From: a virus
Taxonomy: Duplodnaviria; Heunggongvirae; Uroviricota; Caudoviricetes
Strand: one strand, 5' to 3'
Length of the DNA stretch: 55,530 nucleotides
Virus record (IMG/VR): IMGVR_UViG_2602041669_000011
Below, in pieces: positions 12,574 through 22,357 of the stretch. A program made the translations under genes and the position numbers. Below the pieces are notes generated by a model, which saw nothing but the letters and a program-made list of their open reading frames with translations, made no database searches and was not told the origin of the DNA. How positions within the stretch are numbered: position 1 is the first letter of the stretch; each line of letters begins with the position of its first letter.

Positions 12574-13251
12574 ATGAATAACATGACAACGAAAGAGCTT
12601 TTGACGGCACTTCCAAAATACAAAAGCCATAAAACAGTTCGCGCCTCAAAAATCAAAGATATCGAAATTATCGCCCTAATGGATGTGGTCCTTTTTTGCA
12701 ACATCGAAGTCGTTGAGCCAGAAGGGGTAAAAGTCCATGTTGATAAAATATTTTTGCAAAAACACCGACCAGAAATTGGCGGATATCTGGTCGCTTATGA
12801 GGACGGATCTCTGTCCTATTCACCAGAAAAAACATTTGAAGAAGGCTTTAGTCGGACTAACGACTTCTTCGAAAATGGGGTATCGCTCAGCATTGAAGGT
12901 CACAATGGGGTGACATTCATTACAGCCAGGGACGTAACTATTTCTGCTGGCGGTATCGCTACTCTACAAGAAGAAATCGACCTTGAAGCAGCCGACTTTT
13001 CTGACGCGCTGATGTGGCTGAAGGATGGCAAGAAAGTTGCCCGACGCGGGTGGAACGGCGAAAACCAATTCTGCTGGCTGGTTCCTGAAGGACAGTACCC
13101 GGCACGAATGGAAGCCATTAAGGGATATTTCCCCGGCGACCTCGTTCCGTATGGTGCTTATTTCGCCTTAAAAAATGCACAAGGTGTAGTTGTTCCGTGG
13201 GTTCCTTCTGTAGGCGACTTACTGGCATGTGACTGGTTTGTAGTGGAGTGA
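12574..13251 (+). CDS. Two-domain protein with C-terminal DUF2829-like (Tad2-like) domain
   Basis: ATG at 12574 preceded by GAGGAAAG; C-terminal ~80 aa (ALMWLKDGKKVARRGWNGENQFCWLV...PWVPSVGDLLACDWFVVE) matches the GW/W/DW pattern I recall for DUF2829; the upstream part of the 281-aa ORF has no RBS. Confidence 0.55.
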   Translation: MNNMTTKELLTALPKYKSHKTVRASKIKDIEIIALMDVVLFCNIEVVEPEGVKVHVDKIFLQKHRPEIGGYLVAYEDGSLSYSPEKTFEEGFSRTNDFFENGVSLSIEGHNGVTFITARDVTISAGGIATLQEEIDLEAADFSDALMWLKDGKKVARRGWNGENQFCWLVPEGQYPARMEAIKGYFPGDLVPYGAYFALKNAQGVVVPWVPSVGDLLACDWFVVE

Positions 13252-13257
13252 TTTAAC

Positions 13258-14046
13258 GTGGAAAATACTAAAGCAATTCAATACCGCCTGCGTAATGGTC
13301 AGAGTGTCGAAGTGACCATCAATAATGATGGTGTGCCTGGCGAAAAGGTTTCGATCTCTGATCTGGCTATCGAAAAAACCATCATGTGCCACCTTGGCTT
13401 TACTGAAGAAGTGAGCAAAAAGCATGGTGTAGCTATCTGGCGCACAATGGATACTGGAATGCGCAGATTCATTACTGCTCGTACCCCTGGTATGACCATG
13501 ATGGACCTCATGCAGATTGCGCCGCTGTTTGAGTGTGAACCTCTGGATGTATTCAGTAATCCAGTTATCTGCCAGCAGTTATATGGTGAGATGAAACTCG
13601 CGGTTACCCCCATTGTGCTGCATGAAGGATCGCTTGCTGGCGTATGGAAAGTAGAGCGAATTTCAAGCTACATGCCCTTCCACATCCATGTCAACGGCGT
13701 AATCGCAGGTGAAAATCAACCTGTTTCAGTTACAAAGTCAGACCTCAAGCGCGCAATTCTTGAAGCAAGTTGTCGAGTTATCGGCCTGGGCAAACAGTCT
13801 TATGTTTCCTTCCCGGCTGGCCCTGAAGGCCCGGCAGAAATTCTGATTATGGATGCCGATCTGCTCTGGCAAATACAGTTTCTGATTGGCAAAAGCATCA
13901 TCCGCGCTGAAGAACTCGATCAGTACATTACCTGCACGATGACGGATGAAGTCAAAAGTGTGGCTATATCCAATGCCCGGAACCTATGTCGTGCTGCATT
14001 AACAGAACTGCAAGAAAACACCACGGAAGAAGTGGAAAGCGATTAA
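13258..14046 (+). CDS. Hypothetical protein (262 aa)
   Basis: GTG-initiated ORF directly after the preceding gene, ending at a convergent terminator; no recognisable motif. Confidence 0.5.
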   Translation: MENTKAIQYRLRNGQSVEVTINNDGVPGEKVSISDLAIEKTIMCHLGFTEEVSKKHGVAIWRTMDTGMRRFITARTPGMTMMDLMQIAPLFECEPLDVFSNPVICQQLYGEMKLAVTPIVLHEGSLAGVWKVERISSYMPFHIHVNGVIAGENQPVSVTKSDLKRAILEASCRVIGLGKQSYVSFPAGPEGPAEILIMDADLLWQIQFLIGKSIIRAEELDQYITCTMTDEVKSVAISNARNLCRAALTELQENTTEEVESD

Positions 14047-14077
14047 AAAAAATCCCGCCGATTGGCGGGATTTCTTC
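14045..14077. terminator. Bidirectional rho-independent terminator between convergent genes
   Basis: atcccgcc-gatt-ggcgggat hairpin flanked by an A-run upstream and a T-run downstream. Confidence 0.6.
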
Positions 14078-14390
14078 AATATACGATCTGGTCTACATGA
14101 TCCCCAAAATCATCGTCATCATCGTCGTCCTCATCGCCACCCTCTACTGCTGGCCAATCAACAAACCAGCCAGCGTAAAGATGCAGCGTTCGGAGAACAT
14201 CACTTGCGGGAGCATCAAGGGTGTTAACGAATCCCATATAGCTATTGGGATTTGCCCCAGCTATGGCTTCAGCGATCATGTCCTCGGTAATGTCACCGGA
14301 GATAATGCTTAAACGCCCGGAAACTTCTTCATTATCATCAAATTCGATAATGGCATCTCCGCCTAATGGCGCTGCGATTTTAATCTGCAT
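14076..14390 (-). CDS. iddB: Small acidic protein (104 aa), IddB-like
   Basis: Overlaps the ddrB stop; poly-Asp C-terminus (GGDEDDDDDDDFGDH); name by position in the dar/ddr operon. Confidence 0.4.
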   Translation of the reverse strand: MQIKIAAPLGGDAIIEFDDNEEVSGRLSIISGDITEDMIAEAIAGANPNSYMGFVNTLDAPASDVLRTLHLYAGWFVDWPAVEGGDEDDDDDDDFGDHVDQIVY

Positions 14391-17367
14391 TATTTAGCTC
14401 CTTTGCCACACCTAATAACAGTTCCAGCAATCCGTCACCATTCATCAGTGATGCGGCAGCGGCCTCTTTGTCATGATACAACTGAAGAGCCATAGAGAAT
14501 ACTTCCGTTGCTGACGTTTTGGAAATAGTCGGTGATTTCTGCCGAATTTTCCCGGAATTACTTACTGAGGCTGGCGGGTATACCTTCGCCATATAAATAT
14601 TACTCAATCGAGATCTGAAGCACCATTCAGGCTTGCCACGCCCACCGATATTGACGAATGATGGCTTATCCCCTTCAACATTGGCCTTCAGGAATGACCG
14701 GGCTTTCTCTAACAAACCAGGGTTACTGTACTCAAGATGATGACCCAGCTCGTGCCACAGTGCACTTGCATTTTTATCGTTCAAATTGACAGCAACAACA
14801 CCATTTAGATTTGCATATGCCCTTCCCTGGTGGTGAACTACCTTTGATAAGGTCGATATTTTCCCGCCGGTCAGGCGATAAATATCAGCAAGTTCCTTGC
14901 GCAGGTCTATCCCACCATTCTGTCCAGCGCGGGCTTCTTCCACTTCTTCTGTGATAAAAGAGTCGGCCCACTCAAGAGCTTTTTCTTCAGATACGGATGA
15001 GTTTGCGATCGCACTGTTCATGGCAGATAACACTTTCTCGTGGACCGAACCCATACTTCGCTGATTCATTTGCCAGCGTGTCTGCGGGTTATATGAGAAT
15101 CGCTTAAGTAGTTGGTCAAGCTGCTCAAGTTCTTCTTCACTGACATACTTTTTAGCCTCACCAATAATGCCAGGGAGAATATTGCCGTTAGGATTAAACG
15201 CTCGCGAAAGGAAGAGTTTCAGCGCCCCCATGCCCTCCGATGCTTCTATATCACCAATAACCCGGTTAACAATGGCCGCACTCTTCGGATTAGCATCCGC
15301 CAACGCTCTGGCTACGATTTGCAGGGACGATACGACCTCACGCTGCATATCAGTCCTGATCTCATCAATAAACTCTGGCGTTATGCCGTGATCTTTAAGG
15401 ATATCCCGGCCTTCCTCCGTTACCCCATCGATATCACCGACATGTTTATTAACACGACTTTGCAATGCCTTAAATGCCTTCAGAATTCCACGGGCATCAT
15501 CCGCTTTACTAACGGCCTTCCTGAATGCTGGCAAGAAGTCTGAGTTAACCTCATTTTGTTGATCGGCCCACTGAATGGAGGCTTCCTTCATCTCGTCCAG
15601 AGTCAGATCACCCAACGCGGTATGGTCTGTGAATATGAGCGATAACCTCTGAACCATTTCTGCCAATGGTGATGCCGAATGCGCCGCGCTAAGGAATGCT
15701 TTCACCCTGGTTGGGCGAATGGAAAACCAGTCAATAGCTGGTGGCATATCTCCGTTTTTTATCGCCTGCGCTATCTCGTCAAAGCCATCGCGCCCAAGGG
15801 AGGATGCGTGATTTAACAAGCCGCGAAGTAACGAATTGCTGATACCGAATAATCGGCACCATTTTTTCACGTCGGCAACAGGCATTCGAACAAAATGCGC
15901 AAGCACTTGTACAAGCTGTTCATCCTGGGGATCTGTGCGGGAAAGCAGCCTGATCAGATGAATAATGTCTTTGATGCCGGATGCCCGATGTAATAGCAAA
16001 CTGGTATACGGAGCAACACCGTTGTAACTACCGCCGGAAACGGACTCGAAAAGACCGCCGGATATCCCTTGCATGCCTTCGTTTTCCAGTTCCTGAGACA
16101 CCTGGCGAAGGATATCCTGTAACGACACATCGCCGCCGCCAAACATATCCCCCAGCGCCTGGCCCTGGTGCTGTAACTCATCATTGATACGTTGCGCCAT
16201 CAACTTAAAGGCGGTGGCCATACGCTTCGCGCTACGGTTATTCGCGACGATGAACAACGCGAGTGCTTTCACTTCCGGGGCCGTTTCGCTGAACATATCC
16301 CCCTGAGCAATAACATCGGTAATATGTTGGCCTGACTCCTTCGATTGCCTTACCAGGTCTACCGCATCTTTCAATGCCGCCAGCGCCTTTTTATCGAGGC
16401 TATCCGCTGTTTCAATACCATCAACAATGGTTGTCACAGCCTGCTTGTGCGCTTCTCCTGATAAAGCCTGCATCTGGACAAAATCATTGGCTGCCGCATT
16501 AAGCGCCGTCAGAACATTACGCATATCCGGATCAGGTTCTTCTGCAACCATCCTTACCAGGCGCGCATCCTTATATGCCTTGGCAAAGATCGCGTTTTGT
16601 ATACGGTCAACAAGTTGCCGTGTTGGTCGCCCATCTTCAGTTACAAGGCCAGCCGCCTGTGTGGCACCAACTTGCGTCATAAATCCGCGAATAAACGCGT
16701 CATTACTGCGGCTAAGCAGATCTCCGCTTTCTGACGGGTTAAAAAGCGCCATCATCGCCGGTGTTATGCTGTCGGCATCAACAAAAGCCTTTTCACTGGC
16801 TGCCATTTCCTGGAGATCAGAAATATTTGAGTCCTTGGCAAACTGAACACGGTCAACCGTCGTTAACCGGCGGCGCACCAGTACCGGAGCCGTCATTGAT
16901 TCAACCTTTTCAGGCCGTATGCCGAATTCGGTCGCATGTTCAATCAGGTACTCCCGATACCGATCCGCATTACCGTCCTGATAGGCTTTAATGATCCCCA
17001 TGGTCCGCCCATTACCTGACTCAACGGCATTGTCCTCACCAATTATTGGCGCGCCATGGCTGGATAAACCGGAATCGGTAAGCTGGGCAGGACGCAAATC
17101 CTTGGATATCTGGTTGACCTGAAGAAGGCTGGATGCGCGGGTCCGGTCGCGCGGCTGAAGTTCCTGGGGATAGTCTGGATTAATTTTCCCATCCAGAGTA
17201 TTGGATACCAAAAGAGCTGAGGCATCGACGATATCAAACGCTGTTTTTACCTCGTCTCCCTTCGCTGTCACCACATACGAAACCCGCCCATAATCGGGCA
17301 GGTTCTTTAGCAGCTCGATCAGCGTTTCTATGCTGGTGGCCATTACCACCTGATCGCTTAAGCTCAT
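14380..17367 (-). CDS. ddrB: DdrB-like virion anti-restriction/internal protein (995 aa)
   Basis: 995-aa ORF co-oriented and contiguous with ddrA/darA/hdf; assignment by size and position. Confidence 0.55.
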   Translation of the reverse strand: MSLSDQVVMATSIETLIELLKNLPDYGRVSYVVTAKGDEVKTAFDIVDASALLVSNTLDGKINPDYPQELQPRDRTRASSLLQVNQISKDLRPAQLTDSGLSSHGAPIIGEDNAVESGNGRTMGIIKAYQDGNADRYREYLIEHATEFGIRPEKVESMTAPVLVRRRLTTVDRVQFAKDSNISDLQEMAASEKAFVDADSITPAMMALFNPSESGDLLSRSNDAFIRGFMTQVGATQAAGLVTEDGRPTRQLVDRIQNAIFAKAYKDARLVRMVAEEPDPDMRNVLTALNAAANDFVQMQALSGEAHKQAVTTIVDGIETADSLDKKALAALKDAVDLVRQSKESGQHITDVIAQGDMFSETAPEVKALALFIVANNRSAKRMATAFKLMAQRINDELQHQGQALGDMFGGGDVSLQDILRQVSQELENEGMQGISGGLFESVSGGSYNGVAPYTSLLLHRASGIKDIIHLIRLLSRTDPQDEQLVQVLAHFVRMPVADVKKWCRLFGISNSLLRGLLNHASSLGRDGFDEIAQAIKNGDMPPAIDWFSIRPTRVKAFLSAAHSASPLAEMVQRLSLIFTDHTALGDLTLDEMKEASIQWADQQNEVNSDFLPAFRKAVSKADDARGILKAFKALQSRVNKHVGDIDGVTEEGRDILKDHGITPEFIDEIRTDMQREVVSSLQIVARALADANPKSAAIVNRVIGDIEASEGMGALKLFLSRAFNPNGNILPGIIGEAKKYVSEEELEQLDQLLKRFSYNPQTRWQMNQRSMGSVHEKVLSAMNSAIANSSVSEEKALEWADSFITEEVEEARAGQNGGIDLRKELADIYRLTGGKISTLSKVVHHQGRAYANLNGVVAVNLNDKNASALWHELGHHLEYSNPGLLEKARSFLKANVEGDKPSFVNIGGRGKPEWCFRSRLSNIYMAKVYPPASVSNSGKIRQKSPTISKTSATEVFSMALQLYHDKEAAAASLMNGDGLLELLLGVAKELNNAD

Positions 17368-17379
17368 CCCTGTTACGCC

Positions 17380-17745
17380 TTATGCTGCCTCTTCAATGTT
17401 GGCGGCTATCCATGCCGCCGTGTGCTGTTTAACCTGGTCCAGGTCGATGTATGTGCCAACATATTGACTCAAATCCTGCAAGGTACCGATAAATGCATCG
17501 GTGCTCTGATCGACGAATTTATCAGCCAGGAAATCAGCAACCAGTTTTGGCACACCATCATGTTCCGAAGGTTGTTTCTCCTCGCCACTACCGCCGCCAG
17601 ACGCGCCGTACCCCATCTGTTGCATGATCTGGTCAATTTCATCGCTGATATCCAGCAACTCCATACCACTCGCGGTAGCCGCTTTGGACATCAGAGCATC
17701 CAACTTATCGCTGAGATCCATTAACTCAATAGCTGATAGTGTCAT
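17380..17745 (-). CDS. ddrA: DdrA-like protein (121 aa)
   Basis: 121-aa acidic ORF overlapping the darA stop by 4 nt. Confidence 0.5.
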   Translation of the reverse strand: MTLSAIELMDLSDKLDALMSKAATASGMELLDISDEIDQIMQQMGYGASGGGSGEEKQPSEHDGVPKLVADFLADKFVDQSTDAFIGTLQDLSQYVGTYIDLDQVKQHTAAWIAANIEEAA

Positions 17746-19661
17746 GCCGCTACCCCCGCTTTCTGGATTGCTACCAGCAGATCAGCCAGGTGGCGAGCTG
17801 CGCCGTTAACCAGCTCTTCGTTTTCCTCAAAACGTCCGGCAGCCTGAAGGGCTGCAATCGCTTCCCGGACATTGCCCCGGGCGTTACGGATCTCCGCCAT
17901 GTCAGTGCTTTGCATATCCATCACGTTATTGAGATATTCAATGGCTTTATTAGCCTCTGCATCTGCTTCGCTAACCGTTTCATCAGGCTGTGCCGGGGCC
18001 GGTTCTGGCTGAGTAATCTCACCGACTTCGGCCTGCAATGCATTGATCATGCTCTGCACCATTTTCTCGGTGCCAGCGCCCCCCGGATACGCAATATTGG
18101 GGAAAGTTTTTTGAAACTGAGTTTTCAGCATTACGCGGAACTCGTCTGGTGAGCTGGTGGCCAGCTCCAGAGCTTTTTGTGCATATTTGCCAAACGGACC
18201 ATTAGTAAGTGTCTTCGCCAGGAAGTCGAAAGAATCCTCGCGAGGCAATAACTTCAGGTCGTACTCACTCATTTGCTGATCAGAAAGCGGGGTATCGTAA
18301 GTAGCAATGCCGTAGCGTGCATATTCATAATACGGGTCACCTTCATCAGGGCGCGGCAGAATTGCTTTGTTACCTTCAGGTATTGCGCCAGGGGCCGCCG
18401 GACGCATTTGCAGGGCATATCGATATGCACCTACAGAGACTTCTGGTTCAGGCGAAGAGCTACCGGTATCCTCCGCTGGTTCAGGTTCGACGTTTTCCGG
18501 TTTATGTTCTTCTGGTTGGACCAGATATTCCGATACATTACCCGCTTTATAGGCTTTAAACAGCTTGCCGATCGCTTCTGCCATGTCCACACCCTGTATG
18601 GATTTAGCCTTGATCATGTATACGCTGCCATCCGGATCGGTTAACTGGATATACCCTTCGCCATCCCCAATGAATTGCTTCATTGATGCACCATTACTGA
18701 GCGTCGCTTCCCCGTCCATATGCATACGATTTTTGATACTGGCAAGGCGATCCGTCAGCGCGCGAGAGTGCCCACCAGTCATCCCCGCAGGAGCAATGGT
18801 ATCGCGCCCACCAGTGCGATTGAGCTGATCAATCTCCGCCTGCAAACGCTCATTTTCTTGATAAAGAGAATCCGCTTCCGAAGCAACCACGTTAATTTTC
18901 TGCTCCAGATCTGCCTTCTGGCCTTCTACCGCTGCCACCTGATCCGCGAGGTCGCTCATGGCATCCTCTTTCTGGTCACTGTCAGCCTGTAGTTGGGTTA
19001 TTTCATCAACCAGGGCTTTTTTCTTCTTCTGCGCACGCTGGAATTTTGCCGAGTTTTTCTCTGCAAGGTTGGCAAGTTTCATGGTGACCTGCGCCAGCGT
19101 CATATCACGTCCACTCATCGGAGCAACGGTATGAGTAACGTCTTTTTTATTCAGTAAGAACTGGAAAGCAATCAGCGTATCGCTATTGGTGATCCGGTTT
19201 TCCGCTGTCGGGCTATGAAACAGAATGCTGATAGTCTGACCATCACTGAGCGGAATAATGGCTGGCAGAACCGGCAGCCCGTTAACGTTACGCGCCCGGC
19301 CAATTTCAGCCCCGCCGATCGCGCGTGCACCGTTCTGGGCCACGTCCCCCGTTTTATCACTCCCCGCAGAGATTCCGGTACCATTCAGCTTCTGGTTCAA
19401 TGCCCGGACAAATGCCTGCATGGTCCGGTGTAGCTGCAAACGAGTAGAACTAATCGCCTCCAGTAAATCCGTAGCACACCAGTGGATCGGCGTGTCATAG
19501 AAGAACGTAGCCTCGATTTCCTCCAGGGTGTTGGATTCCGTCATCAGATAGCGGTCCTCACCGGCCATTAATGCGCGATATTCATCATCAGTCACTGGCG
19601 GGGGAAGCACGTCAAGCCCAGGCTTGATCGCCACCCCTTTATTGATATTGAACTGTTCCAT
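17742..19661 (-). CDS. darA: DarA anti-restriction precursor protein (639 aa)
   Basis: 639-aa ORF, the size I recall for P1 DarA; coiled-coil central region; operon context hdf-darA-ddrA-ddrB. Confidence 0.65.
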   Translation of the reverse strand: MEQFNINKGVAIKPGLDVLPPPVTDDEYRALMAGEDRYLMTESNTLEEIEATFFYDTPIHWCATDLLEAISSTRLQLHRTMQAFVRALNQKLNGTGISAGSDKTGDVAQNGARAIGGAEIGRARNVNGLPVLPAIIPLSDGQTISILFHSPTAENRITNSDTLIAFQFLLNKKDVTHTVAPMSGRDMTLAQVTMKLANLAEKNSAKFQRAQKKKKALVDEITQLQADSDQKEDAMSDLADQVAAVEGQKADLEQKINVVASEADSLYQENERLQAEIDQLNRTGGRDTIAPAGMTGGHSRALTDRLASIKNRMHMDGEATLSNGASMKQFIGDGEGYIQLTDPDGSVYMIKAKSIQGVDMAEAIGKLFKAYKAGNVSEYLVQPEEHKPENVEPEPAEDTGSSSPEPEVSVGAYRYALQMRPAAPGAIPEGNKAILPRPDEGDPYYEYARYGIATYDTPLSDQQMSEYDLKLLPREDSFDFLAKTLTNGPFGKYAQKALELATSSPDEFRVMLKTQFQKTFPNIAYPGGAGTEKMVQSMINALQAEVGEITQPEPAPAQPDETVSEADAEANKAIEYLNNVMDMQSTDMAEIRNARGNVREAIAALQAAGRFEENEELVNGAARHLADLLVAIQKAGVAA

Positions 19662-19662
19662 G

Positions 19663-20274
19663 TTAATTTCCTGCTTTCAGTTGCTTAAGACGGCGTTTGA
19701 GTTCGCCATTTCGGGCCTTTTCGTTATTGAGTCGGCCTGTCTCCTTATCCAGCTTCGCCCGCAAATCAGTGATCTGCTGTTGATTGAAAGACACCGAGTT
19801 CTGCGCTGATTTATAAGCGGCAACCACCTGAGCATTCCGCTGTTTTGCCTCTTGCAGGCGCTGAAAGTTGGATTTTACTGCCGGTTTCTTGTCTACCGGA
19901 TTGGCAACACGTTTCGCTTTGGCGATCAGTGATTTCTGGAATTTTGCGGAGTTTTTGCGGGCCGCTTGCCCCATGACGGTACCAAGCGTCTTGATATCCG
20001 GCGACTGAGCGTTAGGAATAGCTTTTCCATTCAGCCTCACAGACGATATATCGCCAGTATCGTTTACCTGTATGGCAAGAATTTGTCCGTCGTTAAGAAC
20101 CAGCTTTGCGGTTTTAACTTTAACGCCATCTTTCGTTGTTGCGCGGTTGCTGGAGTCAACCTCAATTACCGTAACACCGGTTTTATTGATCGCCGCGATA
20201 AGGGATTTCAGCCCCTTTTCATTAACCTGGTCAAAATCGACCGTTGCATACTTATTTTTCGTCATCTGACACAT
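19663..20274 (-). CDS. hdf: Hdf-like protein (203 aa), first gene of the dar operon
   Basis: 203-aa ORF immediately upstream of darA (1-nt intergenic), K-rich coiled-coil C-terminus. Confidence 0.5.
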   Translation of the reverse strand: MCQMTKNKYATVDFDQVNEKGLKSLIAAINKTGVTVIEVDSSNRATTKDGVKVKTAKLVLNDGQILAIQVNDTGDISSVRLNGKAIPNAQSPDIKTLGTVMGQAARKNSAKFQKSLIAKAKRVANPVDKKPAVKSNFQRLQEAKQRNAQVVAAYKSAQNSVSFNQQQITDLRAKLDKETGRLNNEKARNGELKRRLKQLKAGN

Positions 20275-20695
20275 CCTGTGCGAGATTTATTACGTAACTT
20301 CTGCGGATTTGCTGAGTAACAGGGAAAATCCGATACAACGGGTTAATGAACGAGTCGCCATGCGTAACCATGACGTTGAAATGCCACAGCCGTTCTCCTT
20401 TACCCATATATTCAGTGGGTATGTACAACCATTCACTGTTTTCGCCCTGTTCAGCCGACGTCAGACAACGTTGTTCGCCTTCAATCACTGTCGTTGGCTT
20501 CTGAACATCGCGGATCCAATATCTGACCGTTGCGCCGCGCAAAAACGGGAATTTAGACCGGTATTTGAACGGCACCCGGATGAAACCCGGTTTAATTTCC
20601 ACATCACCAAGTTCTAAATGCGTGATGTCCTTGCGTTTTAGCAAATAGCGATCGGCTAAGGCTAACGCAAGAGCGCATACACCCCAGCCAATCAT
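20252..20695 (-). CDS. lydB: LydB-like antiholin (147 aa)
   Basis: N-terminal hydrophobic anchor (MIGWGVCALALALA) then soluble domain; start overlaps the lydA stop. Confidence 0.5.
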   Translation of the reverse strand: MIGWGVCALALALADRYLLKRKDITHLELGDVEIKPGFIRVPFKYRSKFPFLRGATVRYWIRDVQKPTTVIEGEQRCLTSAEQGENSEWLYIPTEYMGKGERLWHFNVMVTHGDSFINPLYRIFPVTQQIRRSYVINLAQDVSDDEK

Positions 20696-21021
20696 TTCCC
20701 ACCTCCCTTTTTCACCAAACTTGTAAGAACATTCAGAATGCTATCGATATTCACTCGTTTCATCCCTGAAATCACCTCATGACCGTTATTGCTGGCTATC
20801 GTTACCATTAAGTACGTAATTGATAACTCCCAGCCCTCGTGTTGCCCCAATAGGTACGCCACCGCACCAGCTGTCACTGCAACAAAGATCTCCGTAACCA
20901 ATCCCAACAAATTGCCAGACTGGCGACCGTCTCGGACATCCATCAGGAACGTGCCTATCCCACCAATTACTGAAAGCAGGAGCGCAATAGCAACTGGAGC
21001 TAATTCCTGTGTGTCAAGCAC
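20692..21021 (-). CDS. lydA: LydA-like holin (109 aa)
   Basis: 109-aa protein with 2-3 predicted transmembrane helices and charged C-terminus (KKGGGK); GTG start with strong AGGAGGG RBS. Confidence 0.6.
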   Translation of the reverse strand: MLDTQELAPVAIALLLSVIGGIGTFLMDVRDGRQSGNLLGLVTEIFVAVTAGAVAYLLGQHEGWELSITYLMVTIASNNGHEVISGMKRVNIDSILNVLTSLVKKGGGK

Positions 21022-21042
21022 AAGTTCCCTCCTACGTTGTCA

Positions 21043-21288
21043 GGAGGTAATGGTATGCAAAGTAACTTCTCAACCGGTCATGCAAAGACAACAAGCGGAA
21101 AAAGAAAAGCAAAGCCTGCTACAGCTCGTCAGGGATAAAACTCAGCTCTGGGACTCACAGTTACGGCTAGGCATTATTTCCGTTCAGGGTAAACAAAAAT
21201 TAACCGAGTGGATTCTCTATGCGCAGAAAGTCGAATCCACGGATACCTCCATCCTTCCAGTAACGTTTCCCGAAAAGCCGGAATGAGG
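21043..21288 (+). CDS. Small hypothetical ORF (about 80 aa) ending at a terminator
   Basis: ORF within the 20789-21286 frame downstream of AGGAGG, followed by a hairpin terminator; start uncertain because the SD spacing is too short for the first ATG. Confidence 0.2.
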
Positions 21289-21289
21289 A

Positions 21290-21315
21290 AAGGCCCGGAA
21301 TCGGGCCTTAATTAA
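21290..21315 (+). terminator. Rho-independent terminator-like hairpin
   Basis: ggcccg-gaat-cgggcc hairpin followed by an A/T-rich run. Confidence 0.45.
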
Positions 21316-21620
21316 TATCTATAAGCTCAACAAATAAGAGCTAACAATTTTGTTAATTTCCTCTGGAAATAATGCATTGTGCTTATATATACCTGAAGCT
21401 ATATTAAAGAGCGTCATGTAAAAAATAAACCAATCAATTAAATCTATTTTCAACAAACAAGTCAAAATTTTTAACAGATATGTATAGAAATGGCAAGCCA
21501 TAAATTAATAATGACATCCTTAATAAGTCTAAAGAAACACTAAATAGATAAAATATAAATTATTACATCCAAAAATATAGAAAGTGTTGGCAATCTTGCA
21601 ACTCATTATCAATACAATAT

Positions 21621-21655
21621 TGACATCCCTTTAGCGCTCAGTTTAAAATTAACAT
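21621..21655 (+). promoter_or_regulatory. Candidate sigma70 promoter upstream of the acetyltransferase
   Basis: TTGACA, 17-bp spacer, TTAAAAT in an AT-rich intergenic region. Confidence 0.25.
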
Positions 21656-21776
21656 TTGTGTTTACATTGTGCGTTGATTTAGTTTAGCAGGAACGCAGTA
21701 ACACACTGATGATTATTGTTTTAATTATAATGTCAATATATAACCATAGAAACCAAAAAATATAGGCAGTTGCAAT

Positions 21777-22349
21777 ATGTTATGTTACTTAATAGCTATT
21801 CACTTTGTCATCTTCGGGAATTCAAAAGCTCTATTGAGCTACTGGATGGCTGAAATCATCAGGCGTGAAAAAATGGATGTTTGGCGACTATTAAGAGAGA
21901 AGAAGCAGCGCAATCGGAATTTCCTTTTCTGGTGGAGACTGGCTAATGAAATGTATATTAATGGCAATAAATTACATAAGAAAGCAGCCAGAAAGTTAAA
22001 CAATAATATAATTAACAGATTTGGTTGCGAAATTGGATTGGGCGCAAATATTGGAAAAGGTTTAACAATTCCCCATCATACTGGAATTGTTGTTCATTTT
22101 GCTGTTGATGCTGGTGAAAATCTGGTTTTGCGACAGAATACTACCATTGGACAGATAGATGGTGACATGCCTGGTTCAAGAGTAAAAATTGGTAATAACG
22201 TTGATATCGGAGCTAATTGTTGCATCATTGGATTATCACGTAAAATTGGGGATAATGTAAAAATAGGTGCAATGTCTTTTATAAATAAAGATATACCATC
22301 GAACTGCACATATATAACAAAAAAGAGCGGTGTTGTATTGTATAAATAG
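21777..22349 (+). CDS. Hexapeptide-repeat O-acetyltransferase (WcaB/CysE-like)
   Basis: Imperfect hexapeptide repeats ([LIV]G.N..IG) typical of left-handed beta-helix acetyltransferases; likely true start at ATG 21849 (about 167 aa); AT-rich codon usage unlike the flanking phage genes. Confidence 0.7.
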   Translation: MLCYLIAIHFVIFGNSKALLSYWMAEIIRREKMDVWRLLREKKQRNRNFLFWWRLANEMYINGNKLHKKAARKLNNNIINRFGCEIGLGANIGKGLTIPHHTGIVVHFAVDAGENLVLRQNTTIGQIDGDMPGSRVKIGNNVDIGANCCIIGLSRKIGDNVKIGAMSFINKDIPSNCTYITKKSGVVLYK

Positions 22350-22357
22350 AGTACATG

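Noticed and set aside
20789-21286. 165-aa plus-strand ORF
   Set aside because: Its 5' two-thirds is antisense to lydA and its RBS; only the distal part (21043-21288) could plausibly be a small gene.
21022-21776. Search for cin invertase and cix sites between lydA and the tail fibre genes
   Set aside because: No recombinase-like ORF and no flanking inverted repeats were visible; the interval is AT-rich cargo instead.
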